A stretch of 63,747 bases of DNA, filler included, from Octopus bimaculoides (taxonomy: Eukaryota): the NCBI RefSeq assembly GCF_001194135.2. It is 5 parts of 4 records of this genome, joined end to end, with 100 filler letters (N's around TTAATTAATTAA, not from the genome) between each part and the next. Parts side by side here need not be neighbours in the genome. Positions count along the whole stretch, not along the records: positions 61,703 to 63,747 come from NC_068993.1; 4 more parts are not named here. One strand, written 5' to 3'. The translations under genes were made by a program, and so were the position numbers. Below are positions 63,006 to 63,747 of this stretch, one piece after another. How positions within the stretch are numbered: the first letter of the stretch is position 1; every line of letters starts with the position of its first letter. Under the pieces are notes generated by a model. The model saw only the letters and a list, made by a program, of their open reading frames with translations. It had not been told where the DNA came from and made no database searches.

Positions 63006-63099
63006 CCCCCTTTCCATCAAAATTGCTGGCATTGTATCAACACGTGAACCCATTTATTTATAATAATGTGTTCAAACACATGGAATGGTCAGACGTTCT

Positions 63100-63447
63100 T
63101 TTATTGTTTTATTTGTTTCAGTCATTTGACTGCGGTCATGCTGGAGCACCGCCTTTAGTCGAACAAATCGACCCCAGGACTTATTCTTTGTAAGCCTAGT
63201 ATTTATTCTATCTGTGTCTTTTTGCTGAACTGCTACGTTACAGGTACGTAAACACACTAGCATTGATTGTCAAGTGATGGTGGGGGCGGGGGGACAAACC
63301 ACACACACAAATATATAGACGACGGGCTTCTTTCAGTTTCCGTCTACGAAATCCACTCACAAGGCCCGAGGTCATAGTAAAAGACACTTCCCCAAAGTGC
63401 CTCGCAATGGGACTGAACCCAGAACCATGTGGTTGGTAAGTAAGCTA
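63100..63447 (-). mobile_element. SINE family A
   Basis: Homology to 4373-4738. Confidence 0.85.
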
Positions 63448-63666
63448 CTTAACTCGGAATATCTGAATACGAAATAAAATTACATGATGCATCAAGATGC
63501 CCTTCGGTTTCGACGAAGAGCATCTACTTGCTGGACAGATTGAATTCCTACACGTTAGCTTTAATAAATTAACTTCTTTCCTTCGTTCCAACTCCCTGCT
63601 TTTTTCTTCTTTCTCACACCTCGCTCCAGTAATTTCATATTCATACACCTACCACTTTCTTACGTA

Positions 63667-63747
63667 TTTCTTCTTCTTCTTCTTCTTCTTCTTCTTCTTC
63701 TTCTTCTTCTTCTTCTTCTTCTTCTTCTTCTTCTTCTTCTTCTTCTT
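63667..63747. repeat. (TTC)n microsatellite
   Basis: Directly visible. Confidence 0.95.

Overview
Eukaryotic, AT-rich, microsatellite-dense draft genomic DNA. It is most likely an octopus or other coleoid cephalopod (inference from recurrent tRNA-derived SINE families and simple-repeat content). Many N gaps are present; four are 100-bp joins carrying an artificial TTAATTAATTAA linker. The window has no long intact ORF, rRNA or CRISPR array. Most of it is intron or intergenic sequence filled with SINEs (four recurrent families, labelled A-D here), decayed LINEs (Tx1/L1, R4/Dong-like with restriction-like endonuclease, CR1/Jockey-type APE), rearranged mariner elements, hAT MITEs, a foldback-like element and mini/microsatellites. 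Within this I find a phase-compatible chain of short plus-strand exons (16081-28887) encoding an unidentified protein segment, a probable minus-strand first coding exon with promoter motifs at about 41.3-41.7 kb, a second promoter-like motif cluster at 35.3-35.5 kb, and a tRNA-Asp-derived pseudogene or SINE head. The most unusual observations are a 40-bp satellite apparently born from a LINE endonuclease coding segment, two mirror-image palindromic mariner derivatives (one with two 5' ends, one with two 3' ends), and repeated R4-like insertions at (TAA)n. All gene calls are manual and unverified.
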